Assembly: GCF_009914755.1 (NCBI RefSeq)
Contig: NC_060930.1
Direction: 5' to 3' (one strand)
Length of the DNA: 64,000 nucleotides
Source of the DNA: the human T2T-CHM13v2.0 reference genome, Homo sapiens
Shown here: positions 63,915 to 64,000 of the stretch, piece after piece
How positions within the stretch are numbered: position 1 is the first letter of the stretch
Layout of the letters: each line of letters starts with the position of its first letter
Notes under the pieces: model-generated
The model's database searches: none
Told to the model about the DNA's origin: nothing
What the model saw: the letters and a program-made list of their open reading frames with translations, nothing else
Position numbers and translations under genes: made by a program

Positions 63915-64000
63915 TATTTTTGAAACAGTCTTGCTCTTTCACCCAGGCTGCAGTGCAGTGGCATAATCACAGTTCACTGCGGCCTCAACCTCCCAGGCTC
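63915..64000 (-). mobile_element. Alu (truncated by window edge)
   Basis: ttttgaaacagtcttgctctttcacccaggctgcagtgcagtggc... Confidence 0.9.

Overview
Primate (almost certainly human) genomic DNA. I found no credible protein-coding exon, tRNA, rRNA or CRISPR array. The window holds the 5' end of a long minus-strand gene: a CpG-island promoter (~58.0-60.3 kb), a non-coding first exon (donor AAG|GTAAGG, exon boundary 58292), a 682-nt first intron, and a 162-nt second exon (57448-57609). A long intron then runs off the left edge. The layout and the exon-2 sequence resemble my recollection of TRERF1 (6p21.1); this is tentative and needs BLAT. Most of the rest is interspersed repeats: about 35 Alus (many with target-site duplications, one nested), old L1/L2/MIR fragments, MLT1 LTRs and hAT/Tigger DNA-transposon fossils. 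The most interesting unexplained structure concerns splicing of the 5' leader. (i) Intron 1 is a degenerate ~39-bp repeat whose core reads GA|GTAAGT in the transcript sense and GGAAA (ETS/NFAT-like) on the other strand. (ii) A ~195-bp local duplication at 7.8 and 10.2 kb keeps, in both copies, an acceptor and a consensus donor framing 32- and 23-nt candidate micro-exons. (iii) Exons 1-2 encode a strong-Kozak uORF whose stop could be removed by internal donors in exon 2. Repeat subfamily names and boundaries were assigned by eye and are approximate.
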